Shown: positions 36,615 to 49,843, counted from the first letter of the whole stretch. The stretch is DNA of 60,833 nucleotides, filler included, from Asterionella formosa (GCA_002256025.1; 15 parts of 15 records of this genome joined end to end with filler, not necessarily neighbours in it), one strand, 5' to 3'. Program-made: numbers and translations. Notes: generated from the sequence alone by a model not told the origin.

Positions 36615-39600
36615 CGACATGCATTGGCACAAATTGGAGATATCTTCTTTACAAAGTATAAGATTTTTCCAACCATGGATCTGTATTCACTATGTAGAAC
36701 AGTGTGGGCATCATTCTTGGACAAACTTGTACCTGGCAATCCGGGAGTTGGTGCAATTGCGGGATAACGTCCAAAGAGATTCTTATAGTCTTCAAACATT
36801 CCTTCAACGAAATCCTCCATAGTAGATTCAAGAAATCTTCCATCAGCATCCTCTCCCCAGTCATACCAAACTCCTAAATGTTTCTTGATTGGTCCGAGTT
36901 CCTTTATGGTGAAATGCTTCTTGGCTTCAGCCTTAAGCCAGTCAACATCGGCTTGTTCTCCTGCAACAATGCAGTCATCAACATAGATACAAACAATTAG
37001 AACCAATTTCAAATCACGTTTCAAGAAGAAAATGCATGGATCCACTTTGCTCTGTTTCATTCCAATGAGAATCAGACGCTCCACAAGTTTCTTGTACCAC
37101 TGTCGCGCAGCCTGCACCGTTCCATACATGGCTTTACTTAGAAGAATACAATTTTCTGAGACAACCTTGTTGTCTTCAAAGCCAAACTTAGCAACGCCTT
37201 CAGGCCATTCAAGGTAGATGTCTTCCTCTAAGTCTCCTTCAAGAAAGGATGCTTCGACGTCAATGACCTCCAAAGTCCATGTCTTCTTGTGCATGGTGAT
37301 TGCAAAGACAACTCTGATACTTGTATCCGTAGCCACAGGTGCAAACGAGTCGGTAAAATCAACACTGGGACCACACGTGCCTTATAGCGTGTAGTCAAGT
37401 CTTGTTCCTACTTTTTCTTGAAGACCCATCGACTCCCAAGCGGCTTCTTGCGTCCATGCAATTCTGATCTTGGGAATTTTGACCAGACTTTTCGTTTTAT
37501 AAAATTATTAATTTCACTTTTGATTGCTGGAATCCATTTTTCTCTGTCATCTGCTTTCAGTGCCGCACTGTAGGTCTTGGGTTCACCTGGATCTGATGCA
37601 AGTGTAGAGCTATAGATGTAATGAACTTCCATGGATGAAGTAGGCTTAGAATCCAGATCATCATCATCATCTACAATAGCTAGTATGCAATCTTCCAGAA
37701 CGTAGTAGTGTAGACATCGTTGGAGCAGTTTCATGACCAAGTTTCTTGAGCTCTCGTTCAGCTCTTGTAATAGCAGGTTTTGAAGTATTTGAAGCTTCAT
37801 TCCTCCCTGCTTCAGAGACCTGCAAGTCATTAAGAGTCGAAAGTGATCCAGTCTCATCATCTGGTGGGATGACAGTCGGAGTTGGTGCAACAGGTTGGTC
37901 AAGTTCCTCCTCAAACTCAATTTCATCAATCCCAGTCTTGAACATGGTCAGATCATTAGTAGGTTTCGTTTCTCCATGCCATTCAATCCATTTTACATCA
38001 CGGCTCTGAATCACCTTCTTGGTTATAGGGTTAAATAGTCGGTAGGTATCACCTGAGTGGTTTTCAGAGTATCCAATCATGACACATTTAATTGCTTTAT
38101 CATCAAGCTTGTTCACAGGAGTTCTTATGGCGACATATCCAATTCGTCCAAATGGGATCAAGTGTTCATAGATTGTAGGTTGTTTCCCATACCATAGCCA
38201 ATCAGGGCACTTGATATTTCTTGAATTCAAAACCACATTTGTCACTCGAGTCATTGTGTTGGCACATTCTGCCCAAAGAAGTCCTTGAAACTCATCATTT
38301 AGCTTTGTATTGATCATAGCAGCACAGCTTCTATCACGTATGGTGACAAACTTGCGCTCAACAACACCGTTCTGATGAGGTGTATTTGGTGCTGTGTATT
38401 CAATCTGAATACCATGCTTGTTTCATACAGATGACAAATTTTCGAGATTTTCACCTGCATTATCACATCGTAGGTACTTGATGACATATTTTGCTGCAAA
38501 TAGCTTGATAAGTAGCTCGTCCACAATTTTGGATAGTAAATTCTTCTTCTTAACAAAAAACTCCATGACTTTCCAGAGAATTGATCGACCACAAGTATCC
38601 AGTAATTGCTTCCCACAATGGACTTTTTGTACGGCCCTGAAGTGTCCACGAAAATCCGTTCACCGGGTAGTACAGCCTGTACAGTCAACACTTTTGAAAC
38701 TGCCTTTGATTTCTTCTTTGCCTTAGAGCATCCGTCACAGGACCGGAGGGTACCAGCAAGTTCTATCTTCAGTTCTGTGAACGTAGCATGTAGTGCAGCT
38801 TCCCCAGCAATACGCCCGTAGACATCGTGTGCCTCGTTGATATCCTGTGACTTCATTTTGTCCTCCCCACTCATAACTCTATGGGTGTTTGTAGACAAGT
38901 TTTTGGTACTATCGGCCCCCTGGGACAATGGGGCAAGAACCATGGATACGACATCGGCATAACTTGCGCGACTTGCTTCCTTTAAAATAATAGAGAACTC
39001 CATTGGTCTCTCTGTTAAATGAAATATGTCCTCCACGACCTTTCTTAACTGTCATTGTAGACCCTGTGACTGAAAGGTCAAAACAGTCACGGATTAGGAC
39101 GCCAAAACTGACGATGTTCTTGTGAAACTTAGGCGTGTACAGGACATCCTTCAATGTCATAGTCTTCTCTCCGTTGGTGAGCTTGATGTCACCGCGTTTT
39201 GTGCATTTAATTTCCGAGCCATCGCCGACGACAACTGTGACACTGACTGGGCGTACATTTGTCATACCGACGTCACTCATTGTGATATGGGCGGTAGCTC
39301 CAGTATCAGCGAGCCAATTCTCCTGTGGGGCAATAGAGCGAGGAGCAACAGCAGAGGCACAAAACTCTTTATTATTAAATTTTACATCACAATCATCAAT
39401 AATTTCCTCGCAAATACTGACAAAAGTCCACTCTTTATCGTCGTTCTCGTTGTACTTGTCATTCATATCTTGTTTCTTTTCGTTTGCTTCGATGTCTTCG
39501 TAGTCAATTGTACACATGCCAACAAACATGCCGGTCTCTTTCGTTGTAGTACGTTCTCGTTTGGGTTCAGGGCAATCTTTTGCGATATGTCCCGCATGCT

Positions 39601-40560
39601 TGTTGCAATTGAAACACTTGACGCCTTTCGGAGGAGGCCTGTTTCCTTCGCCGTGTGTCTTGTTCTTGACTCGACAATCGGCTGCCTTGTGTCCTTGCTT
39701 GCCGCAAGAGCGGCAGAGTCCTTTGAACTTAGTTCCAAAGGCAGCAAGAGCAAGTTCGCCATCCGACTTTTCGTTCTTAAACTTGCGTTTGAAGAACGCA
39801 CGTATCTTGGCCTTAAGGTCTTCTAGTGTTAGGGAGGGCATAGCCTCAACCATTGTCACCACTTCTGAGTACTCCTTAGGTAGTTTGTCAAGTATGTGGG
39901 CAATCATCTCGAGATCCTTCTTTTCGTAAGCAGAATCAATCGTCGCCATTCGATTCCTCAACAACTCGAGTTGGATGAACCACTCATCTGGGTCTTGCGT
40001 CTTCCCCTCACAGATGCACTTGTTGAATTGTCCTGAAAGTTGGATTAAGTCGCTTGTAGCATTAGGAACATAGCGAGCCTTGAGGTAGGTCCAAGCAAGG
40101 AATGCATCGCCGTCTTGATGATTCTTTGTCTTGGCTTGGTTAACCAAACCAAACGCAATCCCAGTGCAACTCATAATTAGGAGCTGGTATGCGCGATCGT
40201 TCATCTCGTAGATCTTCTTGACATCGTCTTTGTCTGTAGTTTCGTAGACAGCATCGCTGCATGGATTGGTATCCTTCATGTAGGCATTCTTGAATCCTCT
40301 TGTCTTGGCTAGTGCAAGTGTCTTCACACTCCACTCATGCCAATTGGCGTCCTCGCCATCAAACTTCACAAGGCGAATGGTCTCACCTTTGTCTTCAGTC
40401 ATGTTGCAAAACGAAGTTGATCCGCTTGCAAGCGTGTTAAATTCTTCTGCAGTCTGACTGCAATGCTAGCTCTTTCTAGACAAGCTCAGTGTATTAAAAC
40501 CTTCTGTTCTAATCCCACCTTATTGTGAGCTTATTTGATCTATCTTGTAATCGTTCACAT
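36615..40560 (-). mobile_element. Copia 5' leader-gag-PR-INT-RT, decayed
   Basis: ORF 38909-40402 has two zinc knuckles and WLADTGAT. INT FVDTSGP and WAECANT; RT IDVEASF and YVDD. Frameshifts and a small deletion in RT near 37370. Confidence 0.95.
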
Positions 40561-40660
40561 NNNNNNNNNNNNNNNNNNNNNNNNNNNNNNNNNNNNNNNN
40601 NNNNTTAATTAATTAANNNNNNNNNNNNNNNNNNNNNNNNNNNNNNNNNNNNNNNNNNNN

Positions 40661-43600
40661 ATGATGAAAAACTTCTTACATTCAATGTTCGCCTACCTAC
40701 AATCGAAGAAGCAAACTCCCACACAATTCATTGGTTGACACCACGAATTCCCAGCAACTCATCTGAGTTGTTGAAGCAGTCATCTAGAAGGGGACGCGGA
40801 AGCATTGTTAAAGAGGAGCCAACTCTATGGGAGAAACGTCTTGGAAATTCAACTGAGATTGTAACCAAGAAGACACTCGAAGCAACAACACAGCTCTGCA
40901 CCCAGACAGTTGAAATGGAGAATAGAGAAGCACCCAGACAGCATCGAAAGAAGCGTCTAATTCCTCTTCATCCTAATCGACTTGATGGCAGGACAGATTC
41001 GGATACGTTTTTCTCATCTATCAAGTCCATCCGGAACTACTCATGTGTGCAACTCTTCATTCATATTCCATCGCAATTTCTGTTTGCACGTTGTATGTTT
41101 AGAGAGGCACATTCACATGGAGCATACCAGGATTTTGTAAGTGAGGTTGGAGCTCCCAACATTTTGTTGACTGATAACTCTCAAACTCAGTCTGGCACAT
41201 TGTGGATCAAAACAAGCCAGGAAAACATCACAAAAGAAATCCATTCTGTCCCACACACAACCAAAACCAGAACCAGGCAGAGCTCAAGATCCGGGACATT
41301 ATTCCTGAACCTCTAGATGAACCAGAGGATCACAATCTTATTCGTCTAGTTCATTTTGCTCCTACTCCTCAGATCATTGTTCATTTTGCTCCTACTCCTC
41401 AGATCATTGAAACATCAAAGGGTCTAGAGGAGCAGGGGGGGAAAGAGGAGCAATGCACTACAACAGAAGTATACAACAAGCAATGCACTACAACAGAAGT
41501 AGACAACAAGCAATGCACTACAACAGAAGTAGACAACAACATATCAAAAAATCCACCATCCAACACCGATGATGTTCAGTTCGACTTTGATCCACTTGAC
41601 GCAACACACGACATTGAAATGTGTGATGAGATCAATAATGAGCTAGCTGAAGAGCATACAGAGGCAACAAAGATGAATGGTTCCAGGGTAACTGATATTC
41701 GAGCGCATTGCTGGAAGGCCGGGCAACTTGAGTTGGAGGTGCACTGGGATACTGAAAATGTCTCCTGGGAATCATTTCAGGACTTGAAGCTTGACCATCC
41801 AAACATGACAGCACAATACATTGTAGACAATAATGTCAGTCGTTCCAAACGCCTGGATAGAGTCATGCAATGGGCAAAGAAAATAGTTCGAGACATCAAA
41901 CGAGCTGTCCGAAGAATTGCAAGGTTATATGAGCTTCATTTTGATGGATGTGATCAGGTGTACACAGTGAGGCGTGCCGACATAAGAAAGAAGAAGCATC
42001 CTAAGATTAGGAAGCAAATTCTCAAGTATGGCGTTGAGGTCCCACGAAATGTCACCCATGCAATGGAATTGGACAAGCAAAGTGGAAACACATTCTGGCA
42101 AGAGGCAATCAAACATGAAATCTCCTCACTTGTCAAAATGGAATGTTTTGAAGTTAAGAAGCCAGATTTTAACCCTGGAGTCGGATATCAATGGACAACA
42201 CTGACAGTGATCTTTGACGTCAAACAAGATCTACGGCGCAAGGCAAGACTTGTGGCTGGCGGACATCTAGCTAGTTGACGCACTTGACAACAATATTTAC
42301 TCTTCAACTGTGAAAGGCATAAGTGTTAGAATGCTACATGTGATTGCACACAAGCAGAACTTGAAGCTGCTTTGTGGCGATGTTGGAAATGCTTACGTCA
42401 ATGCATACACTAATGAGCTAGTATACTCCCGTGCTGGACCAGAATTTGGAGAGGAGTTGAGGGGATTGATCATTCTCATCCGAAAAGCACTATATGGTTT
42501 GAGATCAAGCTCTGAGCGTTGGTGGGCGCATTTTGCGGACACGATCCGGGGAATGGGGTTCCAGCCAACTAGGTACGACAAAGATGTGTGGTACAAGATG
42601 AGAAATGATACTTCACACTATGAATATATCTGCACCCACTCAGTTGACTTCATGATAGTGTCAAAAACTCCTGAAGTAATTATGGAAGGACTCAAGCAGG
42701 TCTATACAATCAAGTCTGAAGGTCCTCCAGAATATTATCTTGGGAACGACTTCAAGAAGGACAAGAAGGGCAGGTGGTGTTTTGGATGCAAGAAATACAT
42801 ACAAGAGTCAATTGCAAGAATTGAGGTGATGTTTGGTGTGCAACCCAAAAGTACAATTCCAATGAGTGCAAATGATCATCCAGAACTCAATGACACCACA
42901 CTACTTAGTGATGACGAACATCGAAAGTTTCAGATGTTAATTGGCACGTTGAATTGGGTAGTAACAATTGGGAGATTTGATGTCGCACACGCCACAATGT
43001 CATTGTCAAGATTCTCTGCATGTCCAAGAAAAGGACACCTTGAGCGGGTATTGAAAGTGTTTGGCTACCTCAAGAGGAGGCCAAATAGGCGAATTGTTGT
43101 GGATTCTAGGTCGCCTGACTTCTCAGGATTTGAGGAAGATTTTTCTAAAGACTACGCAAGTATTCTTGGTGAGGACTACCCTGAAGCATCTGAGGAGGTT
43201 GACTGCAACCTACCAAAGCCATTGGTCAATGAGTTGGACATAACTGTGTTTGTTGACTCAGATCATGCCCATGAAAAGATCACACGCAGGTCAGTGACCG
43301 GTTTGATTATATTCGTTGGAAGAACACCAGTATTCTTTATGAGTAGGCAACAAGGAGCAGTGGAGACATCAACATACGGCGCTGAGTTTTGTGCTATGCG
43401 CATTGCAGTTGAAGAAACCATAGCTATTTGTTATATGCTACGCTCAATGGGAGTGCGGGTGGCTCATGCCTCATACCTGTTCGGTGACAATCTTGGAGTA
43501 GTTCAGAATGTTACTATCAAGGATAGTTTGTTGAAGAAGAAACATGTTGCCATCTCATATCACAAGGTGAGGGAGGCGGCGGCATGCGGAATTGTACATC

Positions 43601-44028
43601 CAGTCAAGATTGATGGAAGGTATAATTTCGCAGATGTGCTCACCAAGGCCCAGACTAACAAGGTGTTTGCCATGTTAGTTGGGGAGGTGATGCATGGATA
43701 GGGATTAGGGATTTGCATATTCTATGCAAGTATTATTATGGTCAATCAAACTATTGGATTATTGATTCAAGAGGAGTGATAAATACGGGAACGAGATTGC
43801 TCGGGTTCTCCGGGTAATTGGTGACTTACTGCTTAGTAATGCAACTGATGAATCAGATATCCACAGTATTGATGGGTACTGGTACAACGTGGTTGTACCA
43901 TCTATGTAGATACATACTACTAACCTAGTAAAAAGTACTGCTGGAACGGCCTCAAGTCACAACTTGTTGGACCTACCATTACAGCAGGGCACTAACAGGC
44001 CAATTCGTCTTTAGATAGCATCTTATCA
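40661..44028 (+). mobile_element. CoDi-type Copia 3' half (partial INT, chromodomain-like module, RT, RH, PPT, 3' LTR)
   Basis: Motifs TDSDTFFS, LLTDNS, KYGVEVPR, FDVKQDLRRKARLVAGGH, DVGNAYVNA, FVDSDHA...RRSVTG and NFADVLTK. PPT aagaggag. Internal ~30-bp tandem repeats at 41349-41409 and 41448-41540. Confidence 0.93.
43777..44028 (+). repeat. 3' LTR (252 bp) with TGATAA...TTATCA termini
   Basis: Starts immediately after the PPT; 6-bp terminal inverted repeat. Confidence 0.75.
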
Positions 44029-45326
44029 CTCTCGCCAGGCGACTGGTTCACAAAACGGTCTTGCGTCTGGTCAGCTCATTAATTTATTTACCAGCTTGGT
44101 CATTCGACGAAGGCTTTCTTGCTGAGAGGGTTTGGAGGACATGGTAGCAACAGAAACGAGTGAGCGATGCTGTGGTGTCGTGTTTTGTTATATAAAATGG
44201 TTCAGATTTTATACATGATGGATCAGACATGGTTTTATTGTATATATCATATGTATAATTTACAATATGCTAGTGAACGAATATTGCAAAACAGTGTGGG
44301 CGCGTGGGTGAACGTACCGTGTCATACGGTACAGAGTACTAACTAGCCGTTAGAGTGCTTTAGCGATAGTGCAGCATAAGAGCTTGGAGCAGCAAATGCG
44401 CTAGAATGGTGTAGGTGTATATCTTTACGACTATGTTTTTCAACCTTTATCTTTCTTTCCTTGTGCACCATGTAAGTTGTTCTGCCGACCACACTAGCGT
44501 ATTTATTCGGTTTATCAGACCCAACGCTCTACCAATGACCACTTGAGATATCTTTGAATCGGAGAAGAGCGTACAGTGCGAGCGAATAGGAGCGTCGAAT
44601 TCGAACCATCGAGACAANNNNNNNNNNNNNNNNNNNNNNNNNNNNNNNNNNNNNNNNNNNNTTAATTAATTAANNNNNNNNNNNNNNNNNNNNNNNNNNN
44701 NNNNNNNNNNNNNNNNNTTTTCGCTCAATCAGGATTCCATTTAAAAAATTAGCCTTCACTAGAGAGCAACTGCAAGCTAGTACTAGATATTTACCGGACA
44801 ATCGTCCAGTATAACGCCGTGAAGGTGGTCTTCACTAAACTTCAACCGAAAATCACTAGCTTCACCGTGTTCGTCTTGATGAACAACAGTTCGATCATTT
44901 TCTCAAATACCGGACGATTGTCCGGTGGAGGTACACAGAATCCTGGTACTTTGTCCGGTAGAACTGAACTGATGATTGCAGCATGATTGCTTTCGGCAAC
45001 GCCAACATCTTGTTGTTTACAGTACGGTACCCTGGTACATACATATATGTACCGGTACTTACTGCCTTGTACGATAGCTTTGCTTACTACCGGTCTATTG
45101 AAAATTGGCATATGGAATGCTTGACGATGGAATAGTATTATTGGTTTCTGAACAAATTTGATGTGAGCGAAGAGCGCGGAAACAAAGAAGTATGGCTAAA
45201 ACTCACTTACCAGTAGACTCATCCGAGTAACTTTTGATTTACCTCTTACTCTCTGTACTGAATTTTCCCACCTCGATCCTGCCGAAGCATCTATTACCGT
45301 ATTTAGCACCTTCTTGAAATTTGACA

Positions 45327-45945
45327 ATGGCAGGCGCAGGTACGGAATTAGAATTCGCAACATTGTAATGATGATAAAGGAGGTCACTGATAGACAGCAG
45401 TGTCCCCGGTTTATCCGAAAATCTGTTGAAGTGATCGAAAAGGGACAAGACAATAAGTGCTCACCATGGCGGACGCATTTGATGTCGTACATTAATGAAT
45501 GGATCTAACCTTCTCCCCTTTATTGACTGTAGATAAGGCATCGCAGGTCGCCAAGGCCTTGAAGAAGGGAGTTTCCAAGAAGGGAACTCGCATTCACACA
45601 AAGGTCCACTTTTACAAACCCAAGACACTGACGGTGGACCGCAAGCCAAAGTACGCAAGAAAATCGACACCAAAGAAAAATACGCTGGACAAGCATTCCA
45701 TCATCAAATACCCTTTGACAACTGAGTCCTCCATGAAGCTCATTGAGGATTCCAACACTCTTGTCTTTATTGTCGATATCAAGGCCAACAAGCGCCAAAT
45801 CAAGGCCGCCGTGAAGGAATTGTACAACATCGAATGCGAGAAGGTCAACACCCTTATTACCCCACGAGGATTGAAGAAGTCATACGTGCGATTGAGCAAG
45901 GACTTCGATGCACTTGATGTTGCGAACAGAGTTGGTGTCATTTAA
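45327..45945 (+). CDS. RPL23A: 60S ribosomal protein L23a (uL23); exons 45327-45339 and 45533-45945
   Basis: Motifs [29 protein letters not shown] and LDVANRVG. Micro-exon ATG GCA GGC GCA G|gtacgg, branch ctaac, acceptor tag|AT. Confidence 0.96.
45362..45494 (+). ncRNA. Candidate intron-encoded snoRNA in the RPL23a intron
   Basis: C box ATGATGA at 45368 and CTGA at 45387. Also hairpin tgtccc..gggaca followed by AGACAA (H-box-like) and a second hairpin followed by ACA. Confidence 0.35.
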
Positions 45946-46058
45946 GCGAATTCAAGAAAGTAACAAATATTATCAGCCTACACTTCTAGCATCCTTAGTC
46001 GCTTAGTTAAGTCCATCTTTTTAACGCATTTATTCGCAGTAACACGTGTCAAGCCAAG

Positions 46059-48078
46059 CTAGGATATGACACATCGTTCTCCCTTGTACACCTCGCGACA
46101 AGTCTCGATTTTATCCAGGGCGTACCCACGCATTGCAATCGCTTCGTCTTCACCGCCTTTTAAAGCAACACGCTTCCACCCAAGATTCGAGATAAAAGCG
46201 TCAGTAATGGTTTCATCAGCACCCTCTTTACATTCAATTTCAAGGGCACCATCCAATTGCAACGATTCAATCACAATAGTACCAGGACCCTTGATAACCA
46301 AGGAAGAACGTTTGGAGATGTGCACTTTTTCAGGAGTGGGAAACATGGATTTATAATCACCAGGACAGATTAATGCATTCGGTGCGATCACAACTTGAGG
46401 TCCACCAACAATCGAGATGCCATTGTACGTCTCGAGGTCATCGTCTTCAATTTTCACTCCAATCGATCGTAGGAAAATGCGTTGAGCAGCATATTGATCT
46501 GCTTCGCCTGTGGCTGCGACTTGAGGATGAAGTCCTGCTTCTTGCAGCTTGACACCGTCGGCAGTGGAATTCTTGACGGGAGAATAACAGATTGCTGCCT
46601 CTACCATGGTGAATCCAACCTTTTTGTCGTCCGCCAATAACCATGGGACGTCCTGCATCATGCATTCGAGCCGAGCGGGCCTGATAAACGTGGTTTTGGA
46701 CTTGTCCGTGTACTTCGGGTTAATGAATTCGGGCATGATTCCTTTTGACTTTTCCAGGAACTCCAGGTACGAGTCAGTTCGAACGAGAAGTTGATTGGTA
46801 TTGCCAGGAAATGGCGAGTATCCAGTCTCAGTGTCTTCGACATCACCCTTGGAATATCTAGAGGCTCTGAGGAGAGGATCAAGCTGATTGTACTCCACAT
46901 TGACAGTTCTGCAATGGCAGGGAGAAAATGTGAGAACGCAGAATGGAGAATCACATTTAACACGGTTGGTTCGCCGCTCAGAAAAATTAGAGTGATTATA
47001 TCAACTCATGTGATTTATCAGAAGTTTGAATGTAGTCCGCAAAGCAGCAGCATCTAACGGATATGGTACGTAGACCATCTTCTTACCTTTCTGCCCCTGT
47101 AACCTTATTGGTGAGTTTAGTGATGGCACCGACGGCTTCTTTTGCTTTATGAGGAATGGCCAAGGAATTCATTGCAAGATCTAAAGAAAGCGATACACCC
47201 AATTTCAGGGGAAGTGTGTGAAATGCAAGCCCATTGGTGTCTTGAAAAAATGTCATCCACTTGATTCCGTTGCTGGCCCACTTCTTCGCGACGTCATGGG
47301 TGTATAGTAAGGCATGAATATCCCCATGACCGTGAGGTTTGGTCATGATCTTATAAGGAGCTTCCAAGGCAATCATTGCGTCATTGTTCAACAAAGCAGG
47401 GACACCCTTGCCTTGCAGAACAATTGTAATTTGTTCCTTGTCCATTCCAAAATAATCATTCTCTACTAGTCCCAAGACAGTGCCATCATTGGTTTCATGA
47501 CTTGTCATGATGCAGAGCGGAAGTTTCGTCTTCTTTCCGGCGTATTTCTTCTGAACAGCCAAAATGTACTCAATATAATACTGTAGATAGCACATCTCCG
47601 TTGCCAATTCAGTGGGCAGTCCAACCTTGACTTGGCTATAACCCAGTCTTTCCCCAAGTCCGCCAGCCACTAAGACAAATCCAACAGAGCCAAGTTCAGC
47701 CTTCCCCAACGCTTCGGTATCCTCGTACTCTTTTGTACCAACGGTAAATGTTTTACCAATAGGCACGCTAGGCTTCCAATCATCCAGGGGATTTAAACCC
47801 TTTGCACTCTTTCCGAGCAGCTCTCTGGATCGCTCAATATATCCAGCGAGACCAGTGGGATAGGATTCATCTAGCTCTTCCAATTGTTCGAGAAAGATTT
47901 TCTTGAGTGCATCTTGTTCGTCACTGTCTGGCCAGTCTTCGAACAAATGGTCCTGACAAAGATCATCTGAACAAAGCGCCGTCACCAATTCTCGCTGCTT
48001 TTCGGTACAGCATTCTGGCAGACAAGGCAAATTCACGGGGAGATTCGCGTTGCTACCACTGCCAAGGATATTCCACAT
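46059..48078 (-). CDS. USP: UDP-sugar pyrophosphorylase; exons 48078-47087 and 46908-46059
   Basis: Motifs LVAGGLGERLG, TKPHGHGDIH, FFQDTN, NVEYNQLDPLL, FPGNTN, PEFINPKY and RLECMMQD. A 178-nt GT-AG intron joins the two ORFs. Confidence 0.94.
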
Positions 48079-48789
48079 TGTGTTTGCCTTATCTTGCAGC
48101 CAATGCTCGGCAACAATCTACCGGTAATCTATCGTGAGCAATATAAGATTGTGGGCACTTATTTAGAACTTGTTTCCGGAGGCGGCCCCGATGCATCAGA
48201 TGAAACCGACCAGTAAAACATGATGGTACGACCTGGTACCAGGTACCAGGGTACCGGTACTGGTACCTGGTCTTACCTTGTTATTGAAAGCATGCATATT
48301 ATGGCTTCCCGTAGACTAAAGTCTACATACCTGCAGTACCAGGTAACTGTACCTTTGATGCAGAAGTTTTTACGAGGTCCCTCGCAAAAAGTTGCCATTT
48401 GCACAACGAGGTATCCGGTACGGTACCTGATTCTCAACCTGGTACCGCAAGAGCTCACACGACTCCAACTCGCAGCATTTTGCATTCTTTGGATTTCATT
48501 CCTAAAAAAACCTTTCCGAGTGCGTGTGGTGGAGCCAGCCGACTTCTGAATTTTTTGAGAGGCAGCGGGCACCTGTATGATACCGGTACTCTTGGTACCA
48601 GGTATGTCGATACTGCCTATTAATATCTGAGTACCGGGTACCGGTAGGTAGCTATTGTGCACCGAATATGCGCCGNNNNNNNNNNNNNNNNNNNNNNNNN
48701 NNNNNNNNNNNNNNNNNNNTTAATTAATTAANNNNNNNNNNNNNNNNNNNNNNNNNNNNNNNNNNNNNNNNNNNNTATACTGATCAAAG

Positions 48790-49200
48790 AAGGCATCCGG
48801 ATGTGTAAAATTTTCGGATGCTTGTGGACTGATCATCAGTGCTGTGGCAGCAAAAATTCCAAACCATCATCTTTCTCCACCAATTTAAGGCCGATTTATA
48901 TCTAGCATAGTATTCGATGTACACGAGATCAATGTCGTCATTGCGAATGTTGATTTTCTGAGAACGAACATAAAAGGAGGTATCAGGATGTGTAAATTTT
49001 GTAATTTTTCGATGTTGGTGGACTGATAGTATGATCAATGCTGTAGAAACGAAAATTCAAAACCATCTTTCTCCACCAATTTAAGGCTGATTTCTATCCA
49101 GCATAGTATTCGATGTACAAAAGATCAATGCAGCCAAGGCAAATGTCGACATACTCGTAATGAACATATATTGATCAGATGAGGCATCAGGATGTGTAGA
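48790..49200 (+). repeat. Degenerate ~190-200 bp tandem repeat (2+ copies)
   Basis: Shared tctccaccaatttaaggc.gattt.tatc.agcatagtattcgatgtaca..agatcaatg in two copies; a third unit starts near 49181. Confidence 0.85.
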
Positions 49201-49843
49201 TGGCGATTGTGGCACTTCTCAGTTTTGATTTACTACAATAGGATGTGCTAGTAGTATGCCGTGATGATAGTTAGTACATCAGCAGGGGCGCACCAAAACT
49301 CGAAGCTATTATTTTTTACCAAATTGCATCCATCTAATAAACTGCTAAGATTTTTATTGGTCAAATCAGACATCAGAAAATATTTTTGGAGTGCATTGAC
49401 TGGTGGTGTACGGAACAATTGCGAAATAATGCGAAAAATACAGGTTAGCTATGGAGTGGTTGTTGAATTCAATGAAGTTGATAGTCCTCATCTCCTTGGC
49501 CCTTGCCTTTACAACCAATTTGTTATTGCTACAGTTATCAATATAGATATAATCTAGCCGATCGGAAAAAAAAGAATGTCATGGCGGCATATCTCAATTT
49601 TGACTCACTATGGCGACATACAATGAATGTTAAAATATGCAATAGCTGTTTCTTAACATATTTACGAATACTAATGAATCAAGGAGATTAATGATTTCTA
49701 TAAAAATTGATAGTTGTTTGTTACCTTACTTCTCCTGTTTGTTGGTTTTGTACTAATATTAATCGTTTCCACATCATCAACTACAAATTTTTTCTTAACA
49801 TTTCTTTCATAGATTGCTTTATGCAATCGCATCATCCAGCAAA

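Noticed and set aside
39122..39929. Antisense ORFs over Copia gag (and similar shadows over other genes)
   Set aside because: Shadow frames of real coding sequence with no motifs of their own.
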